The notes: generated from the letters alone by a model not told the origin. A stretch of DNA of 59,381 bases, filler included, from Sphacelaria rigidula (GCA_964200075.2; 9 parts of 9 records of this genome joined end to end with filler, not necessarily neighbours in it); one strand, 5' to 3'; positions 11,306-22,797 are shown, counted from the whole stretch's first letter. Numbers and translations are program-made.

Positions 11306-11527
11306 CTTGGGGAGGGGAGGGGGGGGGGGCATTGAAGAGAAAAATAAAAACATCCCGCCATTTCGGCCAAACTACACGAAGCACGTAGGAAAAAATCCCC
11401 GAGACAAGAACAATGGTACGCAACAAACATATTACATGACAAAATAATGTAAAATTTTGCGCGCGTAGATGATGGCATGTGCTACACCTGTTGTTAACAT
11501 TTGCTTTGTTTCGTGCTCTTCGTTCAC

Positions 11528-11589
11528 CTGTCCTTTGCGCCGTCCAGGTAGAAGTTGGACAGATCAGCCACAGCAAACCTCTGCAGGGC
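11528..11589 (-). CDS. ileS: Isoleucyl-tRNA synthetase exon
   Basis: ctccag|...|gtgaac; 62 nt encoding ALQRFAVADLSNFYLDGAKD(R) (LS.FYLD..KDR motif); phases fit both neighbouring exons. Confidence 0.93.
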
Positions 11590-12052
11590 CTGGAGCAAAA
11601 CAAAAAGAGGAAGAAATATGTAATGGATAATGGCAACCAAGAAAGAACAAGATTAAAACATACAGGAAAACTGATGTACGGCTGAACAAGAAAAAAAAAA
11701 TGGTATGATATGACTGTAGATACAACAAAGATGGGGATGTGAAATGGTGCAAAGGGCGACTGGCTGTTGGGGCAAAATGATAGCCTTTAACATACTTCCA
11801 TTAATTTATTTTCGCTGATCAATCCTAAATGACGTCAATATCAAGCCGTCACGGCAGATTGATTGTCGCGCTTTCAAGTTATCCCAACAAGCTGCTCAGT
11901 CCACGCCATGCTCCCGGCATCAGAGGCGATGCGGTGTGTACACAGGAAACCTATCGCTGTGTCTCACCATCTATTTCCTCACGAGTATCCAGTGCATGCA
12001 TGCATGGATACATAGATACATAAGTCACACAGATACACACATATGTACAAAC

Positions 12053-12134
12053 CTGGCTGGCTTTGTAAAACTGGAAGGTGTCGAAGGCCGCTTCCACCTC
12101 TTCCAACACGGAAGAATGTATTCCCAGAATATAC
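12053..12134 (-). CDS. ileS: Isoleucyl-tRNA synthetase exon
   Basis: gaacag|...|gtttgt; encodes (R)YILGIHSSVLEEVEAAFDTFQFYKASQ; phase-0 end joins the ALQRF exon. Confidence 0.88.
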
Positions 12135-12149
12135 CTGTTCCACCATTCC

Positions 12150-12150
<1 letters not shown>

Positions 12151-12196
<46 letters not shown>
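12151..12196. repeat. (AC)n microsatellite
   Basis: About 23 perfect AC units in the intron just upstream of the IleRS acceptor. Confidence 0.97.
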
Positions 12197-12199
<3 letters not shown>

Positions 12200-13031
12200 T
12201 TAGTTCAGCCGCAGCACAACAAAGAGAGTCGCAAGACGAACACACAACACATTTCAATGGTTACAGTATTTGTACCCGACTCACGCAACCTGCACGAGCA
12301 GAGAGCGGTACTGTATCATGGCGCCGGTGGGTGTGAGAAAGGTTGTAAAAGCGCTGCCCCCAACTAAGATACGCTAACGCCCACCAGAGTCACCAAAATT
12401 CATGGTTGAGAAGACATGCTCGTATTGTCGAACCATAATCTCAACCCACAACGGGAACTCTCGGGTATGTGTGACAAGCACCCAATGAATCAGTTATTCA
12501 TCGGATAGGGGGGTTCAGAGCGCCCGCCCCCGGTGGCAGAGTATGGGTTGGAAGAGCTCAAACCGGCGCCTGGCAGCACCGACTGGAGAAAAGGCGCGGT
12601 GAGCACCCGGAACAGCATGTCCTCGAGATCTGCACTTGCGATGGTCCACACAGAAATCAACCAACCGTTCAACCATGGAATGTGTGGCGACGGGTTGAGG
12701 AATGAAGCTCTACAGGCTCAGATGTGCAGATGAAAAAAGCCAACGTGGTAATATCTCACGGGCCTGGAGGAGGAGCATCGGGACAGAACTTGAACTTCCT
12801 CGGGCATGGACAGAGATAAAATGCAGCCCAAAACCCAAAATAGCAACACATTTTTTCCTGTGCGCGAGTTGCGGTACCTGCTTGCTCATAGATCCAACAA
12901 ATTTAGGTTTATGCGCGATGATCTTCCTCAATACATCGATAATGGCATGCTAGCCCTGTGGGACACTTTTAGTCGTTCGCCACTGAAAACAGCAGCACAA
13001 ATCAACAGGTCACGAACTGAGCGCGCGCGCG

Positions 13032-13065
<34 letters not shown>

Positions 13066-13219
13066 GGTGGTTGTTGTCCTAGTCTGTTTTGCCTTTTCCC
13101 ACCCCCCCTTTTCGGGGGGNNNNNNNNNNNNNNNNNNNNNNNNNNNNNNNNNNNNNNNNNNNNTTAATTAATTAANNNNNNNNNNNNNNNNNNNNNNNNN
13201 NNNNNNNNNNNNNNNNNNN

Positions 13220-14027
13220 AACTGTCGGGTACGGTACATACCCGGAAAAATACCCCGGGTGTACAGAAAACCGTACCTTACAGAACACAACCTTAGATCT
13301 TTTGGTTGGGGTGCTGGAATGAATGAGAGGGCAGGGGGTGGTGGTAGGAGCTGGGAGGTAAATGTTCGGGTCATTACTTTATGTATTGATTGAACCTATA
13401 TCTATACTCCCAGAGGGTATATACCTGTGCTCGTACCTGCAACGGGATATATCTGCAAGCGTATACCCTGACCCCGGGTAAGGGTACAGGAAGCTTACAG
13501 AGTTTACAGAACTGTCGGGTACCGGTTTGAAAGTCTCACAGACTTTACAAAACTGTCGGGGTACCGGTATGAAAGTCTTACAGACTTTACAGAACTCGTC
13601 GGGTACGGTATGGGAGGCTTACAGAGAACCGGTACTGGCAATCGGGTAACTCTTTTCGGGTATACCTGCCCCTCGGGTTCAGGTAAATGTTACGTACAGA
13701 ACTTACAGAACTGTCGGGTACCGGTATGAAGGTCTTACAGACTTTACAGAACAGGTCGGGTATGGTATGGGAGGCTTACAGAAAACCGGTACCGGCAATC
13801 GGGTAACTCTTTTCGGGTATACCCGCCTTCGGGTTCGGGTACATGTATTGTACAGAAGTTACGGAGCTATCGGGTAAGGGTATGAAAGTCTTACAGACTT
13901 TACAGAACTGTCGGGTACCGGCATGAAAGTCTTACAGAAGTCACAGAACTGCCGGGTACGGTACATACCCGGAAAAATACCCCGGGTGTACAGAAAACCG
14001 TACCTTAGAAAACACAACCTTGGATCA
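13220..14027. repeat. Dispersed repeat element with ~40-bp internal subrepeats (ACAGAACTGTCGGGTACCGGTATGAAAGTCTTACAGACTTT); two element ends in tandem
   Basis: Near-identical terminal segment ACTG.CGGGTACGGTACATACCCGGAAAAATACCCCGGGTGTACAGAAAACCGTACCTTA...AACACAACCTT at 13220-13295 and 13948-14022; ~10 subrepeats between them. Confidence 0.8.
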
Positions 14028-14599
14028 TTGTACCGGCAACTATTGTTTTCAGTTTTCATGATACTGAGTAGCCTTGTTGTTGCTCCTCTGCAAAACTGTA
14101 TGTCATGTGACCAATACAAGATTGATAACAGATTCCAATATAGAAGCTGCCAATCATTCTCTATTTCATCACAAGAAAACATGAGCAGTTGAATAATTCA
14201 GTTACAACTGTGATAATCATTCCATCAACCAACGACGTATTGACATTTCTACATATCCGTGTAACGTGTGCTTCTCTTGCACAAACATTAGTGGCGAATT
14301 ACTTCAACCCCTCCCTCACGAGACTGTGATTTGGATCATGACCCTGCTTCGTTTCAGTACTTTTGTACGTAACCCTCATTGAGTATGCGACAAAGCCATC
14401 CTCTCAACTGCCCAGTCAGCACACGAGAGGCTATGGATTGGAACGAAATCCCTCTTCATCGCCACGGTGAGGTGCGGCGACTACATGAGCAAACGTTCAC
14501 CACGACGCAATCTTCTTTGCCTGGACTGAGCGTAATCGTCTAGCGCACTGTGAAATCACAGCCGAAAGTCATGAGGCCACGCAGTATCTCCTCTCTCAC

Positions 14600-14680
14600 C
14601 GTGCCGTCATCGAACACAGCCGTCGGGGTTGTGAGCAGGACTCCACCTTTCCGGCCAGCCCGCAAATCAAACTCGAACAC
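14600..14680 (-). CDS. WDR53: WD40-repeat protein (WDR53-like) exon
   Basis: gctcag|...|gtgaga; 81 nt, phase 0-0, VFEFDLRAGRKGGVLLTTPTAVFDDGT continuing ...SAGSK (WD 'FDLR' end). Confidence 0.8.
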
Positions 14681-14988
14681 CTGAGCCATGCACGTACCAA
14701 AAAGCGAAGTTGGACACCATACATAAGAAGATATATGTTGTGGCTGGCTTCCCGAAGGAAACTTCCCACGCTTACTGTGGATAACGCCACAACATCAAGC
14801 ACTTGACCCTTGCACGGCGAGAGTACATGTCTGTTGGATCGGCACCAATTTCAATGAAAAAGTATGCATGATCCAGACGGACTACCCTCGCGGCCAAAGG
14901 GGTTAACAGCAAGATCCTACTCCCGTAACATTACCCGGTGTTCGGGAGCAACAGTAGCGCGTAACCCACTCCCTGTCCCGAGCGGTAC

Positions 14989-15231
14989 CTTACTTCCGGC
15001 GGAGCAGTACAACCGATCACAACCACCAGGACCGAAGACCACGCTTGTAACAGCTTCGCCGTCGAAGCAGCGACAAATGCACAGTAGGATGCGCGATTTG
15101 GATGGGGCCCACGATGACGATGGTGGCAACCCAGGTGTCGGTTGTGGCGAGGGTGCCTCCGGGACGTCAAGCAATTCCCACAACCGCACAGTACTGTCTT
15201 CGGCCCCTGTAGCAACAAGGGCTTCCCCGGC
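14989..15231 (-). CDS. WDR53: WD40-repeat protein (WDR53-like) exon
   Basis: atgcag|...|gtaccg; 243 nt encoding AGEALVATGAEDSTVRLWE...FDGEAVTSVVFGPGGCDRLYCSAGSK, resembling the WDR53 N-terminal repeats (LASGAE...VTSVLFSP...KLYAS.G). WD40 call is firm; orthology is less so. Confidence 0.8.
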
Positions 15232-15540
15232 CTGCATAAAATAATGGGCACGAATGAGGGCGCAACACTCGTGAATAGCGCAGTTTCTCGAGTGGGAGAG
15301 GTGCTTCAGATGCTCAGCAGTGAATGTGTTGTAAGGGGCATGCGCTTCTTCGCCATCGCTCCTCAGCCTGAATAGCATGTTGTAGATGTACACGTACACT
15401 CCGCTGTCAAAACGTGCTACAGGTAGGAAAAACATGACACGTGAAGACCTTGATTTTTCATTCCAGTAATCCCGGTTCGGTTCACCGTGAGCTATACCGA
15501 TAACCGCACTATAGTCGTGACAGCTACCAACTAACAGGCG

Positions 15541-15596
15541 CTTTGTAGCTGCTGTAGGGATACCGTAGTGCAGTGCAACAGCAGACACCGTGCCAG
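15541..15596 (-). CDS. WDR53: Probable second exon of the WD40 gene (3' boundary uncertain)
   Basis: tcgcag acceptor at 15597-15599 gives phase-1 (A)GTVSAVALHYGIPTAATK, continuing LRGHK into a WD first strand; donor not resolved. Confidence 0.55.
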
Positions 15597-15720
15597 CTGC
15601 GATCCAATGGCTGTTGATTTGAATGTTTGAATGTTTAAAACCTACCGCCCTAGAGAAGAAGGAACATCAAAATGCTGTTTTTCACCTTAGCGTCTGGTGC
15701 CGCAACGCAGAGAACTTGAC

Positions 15721-15808
15721 CTTTGTGCCCCCGCAGTCTACCGTACGGAAGAAATTCAATATTTTCGATGTCTCCATCGCCTCCAACTGCTTCTCTGGCC
15801 ACAGTCAT
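15721..15808 (-). CDS. WDR53: First coding exon of the WD40 gene
   Basis: ATG at 15808; MTVAREAVGGDGDIENIEFLPYGRLRGHK then G|gtcaag donor; LRGH is the canonical WD40 start. Confidence 0.75.
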
Positions 15809-16221
15809 AGGTCTTGCGACAACAAAGCGCAGCGCACCTCAGCTAGCGGCGGTGTATGATCTATCTGCTGATCCGCCTGGATCTGTTTTTTCGTGTTACG
15901 TTTACCTCTTCTTCAGACCCGTAGTCCATGTACACTCCAACTGAAAGATCCGGTAATAAAATGCTTGAAGCCTACCGTATGGATGAACCACCGAGCACAC
16001 ACTGCCCTTCACGTGGGGAGCGCTGTATAACTTATTATTTTAGTGGTAAAAGATGCAACTCAAGGCCAAGTCTACGCGAAAAAAGCCCACCAATCCCACC
16101 AATCCTTTCATCAAATAACGCCAGATCTAAGCGGTTCTGTTTGGATAACAACAACTGAAATGCCGAGGTCGCGCTGATTTCATCGGGATCATACTGCAGA
16201 GGAGTGTGATATGCATTTAAG
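15809..16221. promoter_or_regulatory. Putative bidirectional promoter / 5' UTRs between divergent WDR53-like and MECR-like genes
   Basis: Only 413 bp separate the two divergent start codons, within one contig; no recognisable repeat. Confidence 0.5.
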
Positions 16222-16346
16222 ATGGTCGTGTTGAGGTCACTGTTGAGAAGGGCAGCGACCCACGGCTGCCGGCATTATTATGGCTTGTGTCGGGGGATGG
16301 CCACCGTAAGATACACCCGACGAGGAGAGCCGTCTGAAGTCCTGAG
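16222..16346 (+). CDS. MECR: First exon of probable mitochondrial trans-2-enoyl-ACP/CoA reductase (MDR superfamily)
   Basis: MVVLRSLLRRAATHGCRHYYGLCRGMA is an Arg-rich, acid-free presequence; it is followed by TVRYTRRGEPSEVL(R), resembling the MECR/Etr1 'Y..hG.P..VL' start; donor AG|gtgggc. Later exons are not in this contig. Confidence 0.65.
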
Positions 16347-17790
16347 GTGGGCAGAGGCAGTACTCGTACAGTTTTTCTTACCACCGGACCTTTTTTGCAT
16401 TGATGCATCTTCGGCTTGTGCTCTACTATCTCCTGTCCCTGATCCAGGTACTGTCTGGTCAGTCTGTACAAGCGAGCCAACATGCTGCAGTTTCGAATAA
16501 CGGCACATATGGCTGCTCGTGGAAGGTCTGTCTTGCAATACAACACATCGCAGACTTTCTGCATTGATCGCCATGCTTGATTCCTGGTGGCTGGATACAT
16601 GCTCCATATGCTCAGGTTGTCTAATACAAAAAGCCCCTCTAAAAAAGCAGATTCATTTGTTGCGACTTAATTTCCGCAGTACCGATTCAATCATAGCTTG
16701 CAGCTTGCGCCTTCCCAAGAAAAGTCACGCCGAGTTGCATGTTCCATGCATGTGCATACGCTTGCACGAGGAAGCATACCATGATCCTGACTTTAATGTA
16801 TCGTCTTTGAAACCTGTAAATATTTTCGCTTCACGACGTCCCGATAACGTGAACAGTTTGCGTTCGTCTTCGTAAGTTTTTAGGGGCTATACAAATAGAG
16901 CCAGTGCCATTAGAGTCCGTGTCATGGTACACACGAGTTCTATTGCCATAAACTGAAGGAAAGATACCCAGCTCCTGGGGGGGGGTCTTCAATTGAGTCC
17001 TGACCCTTCTGCCACTAGGGTAGGCCATCTGGGCATTTCGTTCATTTTTCAAGTGAAACGATACCAACTCGACATATCACCCACCCTGGCGCTCAACGAT
17101 TTAACGAGAACATTGAAATTTAAATCGACCTCTCTCGTGGACGACGGGCACGACTTATCTTAGCCCAAGACTGGGTGCACAGGAAATAAGTTTTCACTCG
17201 ATGTGGGGTGTGCGGGGTGTATGGTATGAGACGTCAATTTCAAGTTGGAATGCCTTAGTGGAGGGCATGGCTTGGGACGAGGAATGGGGTGACATGCAGA
17301 GGTGGCGGAGTGATTCCCATATTAAGGAATATGACAAAAACCCGGACAGGAGATTGAAGGATTGTCCCAACAAGCTTGACAGGCCCGGGTCGTTCGAAAG
17401 CGGGCCAGGCCATTAAGAAGTGGTCATCACATGTCCGATATTGAATTTGGACCCGACACCGGTATGAAATTCTTGAGATATGCATCTTCATGTACGGCGG
17501 CTGCCGCAGTGGTTGCTTGGGCCATTTTTTATGGCAATCACCAATCTCGATCGGTACGCAGATCGGCAGAACTCAAATCGGGAAACGCCTATTGTGGACC
17601 CCAATTTGGCCCAAATCGGGGAAGCTCAGATTTGCATGTAACGGTTTTCCCCGAAGCTGAGCGCAGATCGGGGGAAAATCGAGGTTCCCCGAATCTGTAG
17701 GAAGTGACGTACGTACATTGACACACGATGATAGGGCAGCAGGCGTTTGATATTTTCACAAGGGCAATGGCCTAGAAAAGAAGGTACACA

Positions 17791-19728
17791 TTCTCGTTTT
17801 TTGCCTAAGAAAGGTACGAAAAATGGCCAGTAAGGCGAAAACAGCCATACACGCCATCTTGACCGTTTTCGCTCCGGATTTTTCACGCACATCATTCGGG
17901 GGGACCATTGGCACCCGGGACTAACAAAAAAACGGATTAAAAACATGTTACTCGAGAGATATGGCCACGTGAAGACGGACATTCTGCCTCCCGAAACCGC
18001 TCCCCTTTTTTAGGCCACATTTTGCCAAGGTATACTTGATCTAGCAATTCTTTTCCAATCGTACCTTATCTGGACCACCGATTGGCGGAGAACGTACCTC
18101 TGCTAGGCCATCGCTCTTTTGTGATGCGGGAGGTTGTGGAACACCGTACTGTCCTGATTTCGGGGCTGGCGTCACGGTTAAGCTAGGCTCTTCCGTCTCC
18201 AACGGGCGGTTGTCGCATAATCGATGGTTGGTTCAAGCAACGGATACAGTACTGGTGGTCACGCATATAGAAACAGGCCTCCGCCCTCGAAAGTAGCTGA
18301 ACGCACGCACACCCCACCGAGCCCGCATGACTCGTCCTTGGGAATACTTCAAATCGCTCAATTAACCCGAACATCATGACACCCATCTTCCCTCCTTCTT
18401 CGCTGCTACCACAATATAGTAGCGGTTGGGCCGCCTAAGAAGCTCACTTTCCTTAAGCTCGTTCGAGCTGACGGTATATCGCGAGTTGTCCCGGTAGAGA
18501 GCACCAGCGTTGGCCTACACGTGTCCATCGTTGATATTACTTGATTAGAGTGTCACAACAAGAATAGGATCTTTAGTACGGCTGACAGTCCCGTGTGCTC
18601 CTCGTGTGCGCAGAACGCGTTTTCGTCGAAATCGGCGCCATAGGAGCCGATTTGGGGTCTGCAAAGGCCGCACTTTGCCGGGGGAATGCTATATGCCGCC
18701 CTTGTCCGAGGGTTCTCGGTTTGCCTTGGGTTGGGGTTAGGGTTTTAGGGGTAGGGGTAGGGGTAGGAGTAGCGATACTTGTAAAATGTGTCAACCATGA
18801 ACATTTGTAGCCCAACTCCGCTCAACTAGCCCACTACTATGACACCTCGTGGTAATCGGCAACTCAGTGCTCGTCTTCAATTCCACGTAGCACTCCGATC
18901 CGACAAAGTCTAATCAAACGAAATACCAAACTGTACAGTAGTCCTGCCATTCTCTGTAGCTTTCAGTCACAGGACATATCTTTGGCGGACACAATCCGAG
19001 CTTCTCGCTGGCCGTTCGGGATTGCTGTGCACGTGTTCCGTTGGTGTTTTCGTCGGGGGCATGTGCAATGTAGTGCTGAACGCGATTAGTGTTATGTTCC
19101 TGTTTCAAGATGTGTGGCCGCTAGTGCTGTATCCGTTGCTTGAACCAACCATCGATGATGCGACAACCGCACGTTGGTGACGGAAGAGTCTAGCTTGACC
19201 GTGACACCAGCCCCGAGATCAGAACAGTACGGTGTTCCACAACCTCCCGCATCACAAAAGACCGACGCGTCGTAAGTTGTGAGTCCAGTTGTTGTGTCGA
19301 TGCGGAGAGACTCGGGAACCATTTCCGGGGAGAAAGAGGCATGGTCGTTGTAGCGACCGTGAACGGCAAATNNNNNNNNNTAGACTCCCTGGTACAGTGT
19401 AGAGAGCGATGGCCTAGCAGAGGTACGTTCTCGGCCGATCGGTGGCCCAGATAAGGGTACGATTGAAAAAATATTCCTAGATCAATTGTACCTTGGCGAA
19501 ATGTGGCCTACAAAAGGTAGGCGATTTCTGGAGGGGGAATGTCCGTTTTCGCGAGGCCATATCTCTTGAGTAACATGTTTTTATCCGTTTTCTTTTCGAC
19601 TCCCGGGTGCCAATGGCCCCCCCGAATGATGTGCATGAAACACCCGGAGCGAAAACGGTCAAAATGGCGTGTTTGGCTGTTTTCGCGTTTCTGGCCATTT
19701 TTCGTGCCTTTCTTAGGCAAAAACGAGA
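17791..19728. mobile_element. Foldback-like element / long inverted repeat (~490-bp arms)
   Basis: 17791-18117 is the diverged reverse complement of 19403-19728, and 18117-18277 of 19098-19260; right arm is cut by the contig end. Confidence 0.75.
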
Positions 19729-19828
19729 NNNNNNNNNNNNNNNNNNNNNNNNNNNNNNNNNNNNNNNNNNNNTTAATTAATTAANNNNNNNNNNNNNNNN
19801 NNNNNNNNNNNNNNNNNNNNNNNNNNNN

Positions 19829-21370
19829 GACGCATCAGCTAAAGGAGGCGTTACTTGCCTGACGGCCGATGAGGGCCGGTCGTACCGCGTTGAGGCGTGG
19901 TGGCGGTGTCGTGCAGTCGACGAACCCGAAGACTGGCTGCCAGCCCGTTTGTGAGTGCCTCGGGTCGATCGTCGATTGTTGTTGTTAGTGCGGTGGGGCC
20001 CGTGCCCACGGCGTGGTGCAGCCCCGGAAGGGTCGTCGTCAGAGTCGTCATCATCATGACGACGGCGAGGGGGGTGCGGGGTGATCCAAGCTCCATCATC
20101 GTCGGGCGGCAGTGTGTTGCGGGCTACCCGCATGGCGGCAAAGAGGGCGGCGACGGCGGTCTCATAATTAAAACGACCGTCCCCGGCACCAATCGTGAGA
20201 TAGCGTACGACTCGTTCGACGGTGAGAGCGCCGGGGTCGTTGCGCGGGAGCTGTCCACCTTGTTGAAGAGAGGGGACGATCACACTACTGACGTGCAGGA
20301 TGAGAGAGCTCCAAGCCTGCCCAGAGGCGCGAAGGACGTTGTTGCAGGTGTATTCTCCCGAAAGTTGGCGGAGCGTCCAACCGAGCCAAGCACATTCGCT
20401 GCCCTGCAGGTGCAGCCCGGGTGTGGCGGCGGGGGGCGCCGAAGCCTGAGGGATCTGCAGTGGTGCAGGCGGGGGAAGCGTAAGCGAAGCCGCAGAAGCC
20501 ACGGCAGTAGCGCGTAAGCGCGAAGACTGGCGGTCTGTTCGAGAGCCAGAAATGGCGGCGGAAGGTGCAGGCTCTGTCGGCATGGTCCGGAGCAGAGGGA
20601 GATGTTGTTCTTGTTCCATGGAACGTAGGGCCGTGGTCGCAGTTTCGGTCGCGGTCTCACACTGGCGCAAACAGTGTTCATCGCGTCGTACGGAATCCTG
20701 CATCTGGCGTTCATTGAGGCCGCCCGCTGGCGGCTGGATGCCGAATCAACGGCCTGGCGTTGGCGCGCCAGTCGTTCCGCGAGGTCATCCTGAAGGAGAC
20801 GGGGAACAGCGTTGTCCACCGGTTGTCGGAGTGAAGGTGGCGCCGGGGCCGTGGCTGGTTCGAAAGCTTGATATTCAGCCAGAATTTGTTCCTGGTCTTC
20901 TCGGGCGCCACGAGGCCAGAGCCGGGGCGGAAGGCCCGACGGGCAATGCTCGACACCCAACAGGGGGCGATCGTCCGTGTCAGGCGCGGGGGTAGGCGCC
21001 GGAGCCGAGCCCGCGGCAGTAGAATTTGGCGGCGAAGCGGCCGATCTCGCCGAGGCGGCCGTGGCAAGGGTGTGACCCTGATCCGCCGTCGCGGAATCCG
21101 CTGGGGCCGCCGCGCGGGGAGCGGAAGGCGTGACACGGGTGCTCTCGGCATCCGTATCGATGTCGGCTGCCGTAGAAGGGGCAGGGGCTGCGATGGGAGC
21201 AATGCTACGGTAGGGGGGCACGTTTTTCGCGAATTTTTGTCTAGTTCAGGGGCTTCTAAGGATTCTAGACGCACAAAAATATGGTCCAGGGCATCCCCGT
21301 TTGCAGATTGATTCGGGATATCCCCAGCACATTGGAATAGTAACCCTGGCGTACTCTCGCATTTTTTCAT
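19829..21370 (-). pseudogene. Frameshifted intronless Ala/Pro-rich ORF of an unclassified (probably TE) element
   Basis: Overlapping ORFs 20711-21370, 20280-21221 and 19777-20703 join by two frameshifts into one ~510-aa GC-rich reading with a globular-looking segment (CAWLGWTLRQLSGEYTCNNVLR...VERVVRYLTIG...FNYETAVAALFAAMRVA). Confidence 0.5.
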
Positions 21371-21422
21371 AAGTCGTGTTCTGGATGAGATAAGGGGCTC
21401 CTAACGATTCTAACCTTAGAAA

Positions 21423-22797
21423 TTATTTCTGTACCCCTACCGTAGCATCACTCATGGGTGCAGTAGTCGAAGGTGCAGGGGCATTGGCCATAGTTGCAGC
21501 GGAGCGTAAGTAGCGACGAAGATCTGCAATTTGTTGTTCGACAGCACGCTCAATGGCAGCATCGGGGTGGGGCGGAAGGACACGGTGAGCGCTGCGTCCG
21601 CTGCGCAAAGGTGCGTGAATATTAACCAACGAAGCATCAACGGGCAGTCGTGAGCTCACATGTGTCTAATCGACAGATTTAGGCCGTGAGGATCCCGTGG
21701 TTCGAGATAGTCCCGATAACAGAGCACGTACATCATGGGCATGAGTAGTGGTATCACCGTGGTGAACAAGGTCGTCATGATCCAAATCAAAATCAGGAAC
21801 AACATCTGGGGTTGAACGTACATCATCAGTGTCTGCAGCCAGTGGTGCAGAGGCTCGATGGTTCATATTACTGTCAAAGTGAACATGAGCAGAAGACGTT
21901 GAATGTTCAACGGCAGTGTGAAACGCGGTTGCAAGCGCTTGTGAAAGGGCAGTTGTCGCCGGACCGTCAGAAATGACAGCTGGTGATGAACGAAGCAAGT
22001 GCTTCAGAGCCGTTACTAAAGGCAAGTGCTCTGTGGAAGTCACTTCGGAGCGGCCAAGACGCGAGGAGGATGTTCGGCGCGAGGTACGGTGAACAGAAAT
22101 GTCCTCACGATACATGTCTTGTCGGCGCTGGCGCTGGGAGGCGTCGTAACCCTCAACATCGCGAGCGCGGGGTGAGTCAATAACCGCGGTAGGAGCCTGA
22201 AGCGGTTGGCTTCCACAACAGTGGCGACGCGTGGCGACTCATCAGACATGTGGGAATCCCGAGACTGAGTCCGTTGCACAACAGAGCGAGCGCGTAGCGA
22301 CTCGTCGACCATGTTGGAAGTCTTGGACAGTGTACGATCCGCGACAGAGCGAGCGCGGAGCGACTCGTCGATAACGCCGAGAGTCTTGGACAGTGCACGG
22401 TCCGCGACAGAGCGAGCGCGGAGCGACTCGTCGATTATGTCGGGAGTCTTGGACAGTGCACGGTCCACGACAGAGCAAGCGCGGAGCGACTCGTCGATAA
22501 TGTCGGGAGTCTTGGACGGTGTGCGGTTCGCAATAGAGCGAGCGCGGAGCGTCGCGTCGATAACGTTGGAAGTCTTGGGGAGATGGCGGTCGTGATCACC
22601 AGTAGTAGCCAAGTCTTGAGACGTGTAGTCGCCAGAGTTGCGGGTCGAAGCTCTGTCGGATTTCACTTCTTCGTGTAAAGGGGAAGTTATAGTGAAGGGT
22701 TTTGGTTTTGAAGGGATTGATGAAAGCAAACGCTGACGGCGTAAAGATTTGTAAGTAGGCAGGGTCGAGGGGAATTTTTTTTCTGCGGTTGCGCCAT
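21423..22797 (-). pseudogene. Upstream degenerate ORF of the same unclassified element, with 20-aa tandem repeats
   Basis: ORFs 22040-22729, 21666-22115 and 21423-21659 chain with a frameshift and a stop; contains (SKTPDIIDESLRARSVADRAL)-type repeats. Confidence 0.45.
22285..22580. repeat. 60-bp tandem repeat, ~5 copies, in frame
   Basis: AGAGCGAGCGCGGAGCGACTCGTCGAT...GAGTCTTGGACAGTGCACGGTCCGCGAC recurring every 60 bp. Confidence 0.9.

Noticed and set aside
19897..21311. Plus-strand long ORFs (206, 147, 147 aa)
   Set aside because: Antisense shadows of the GC-rich minus-strand reading frame.
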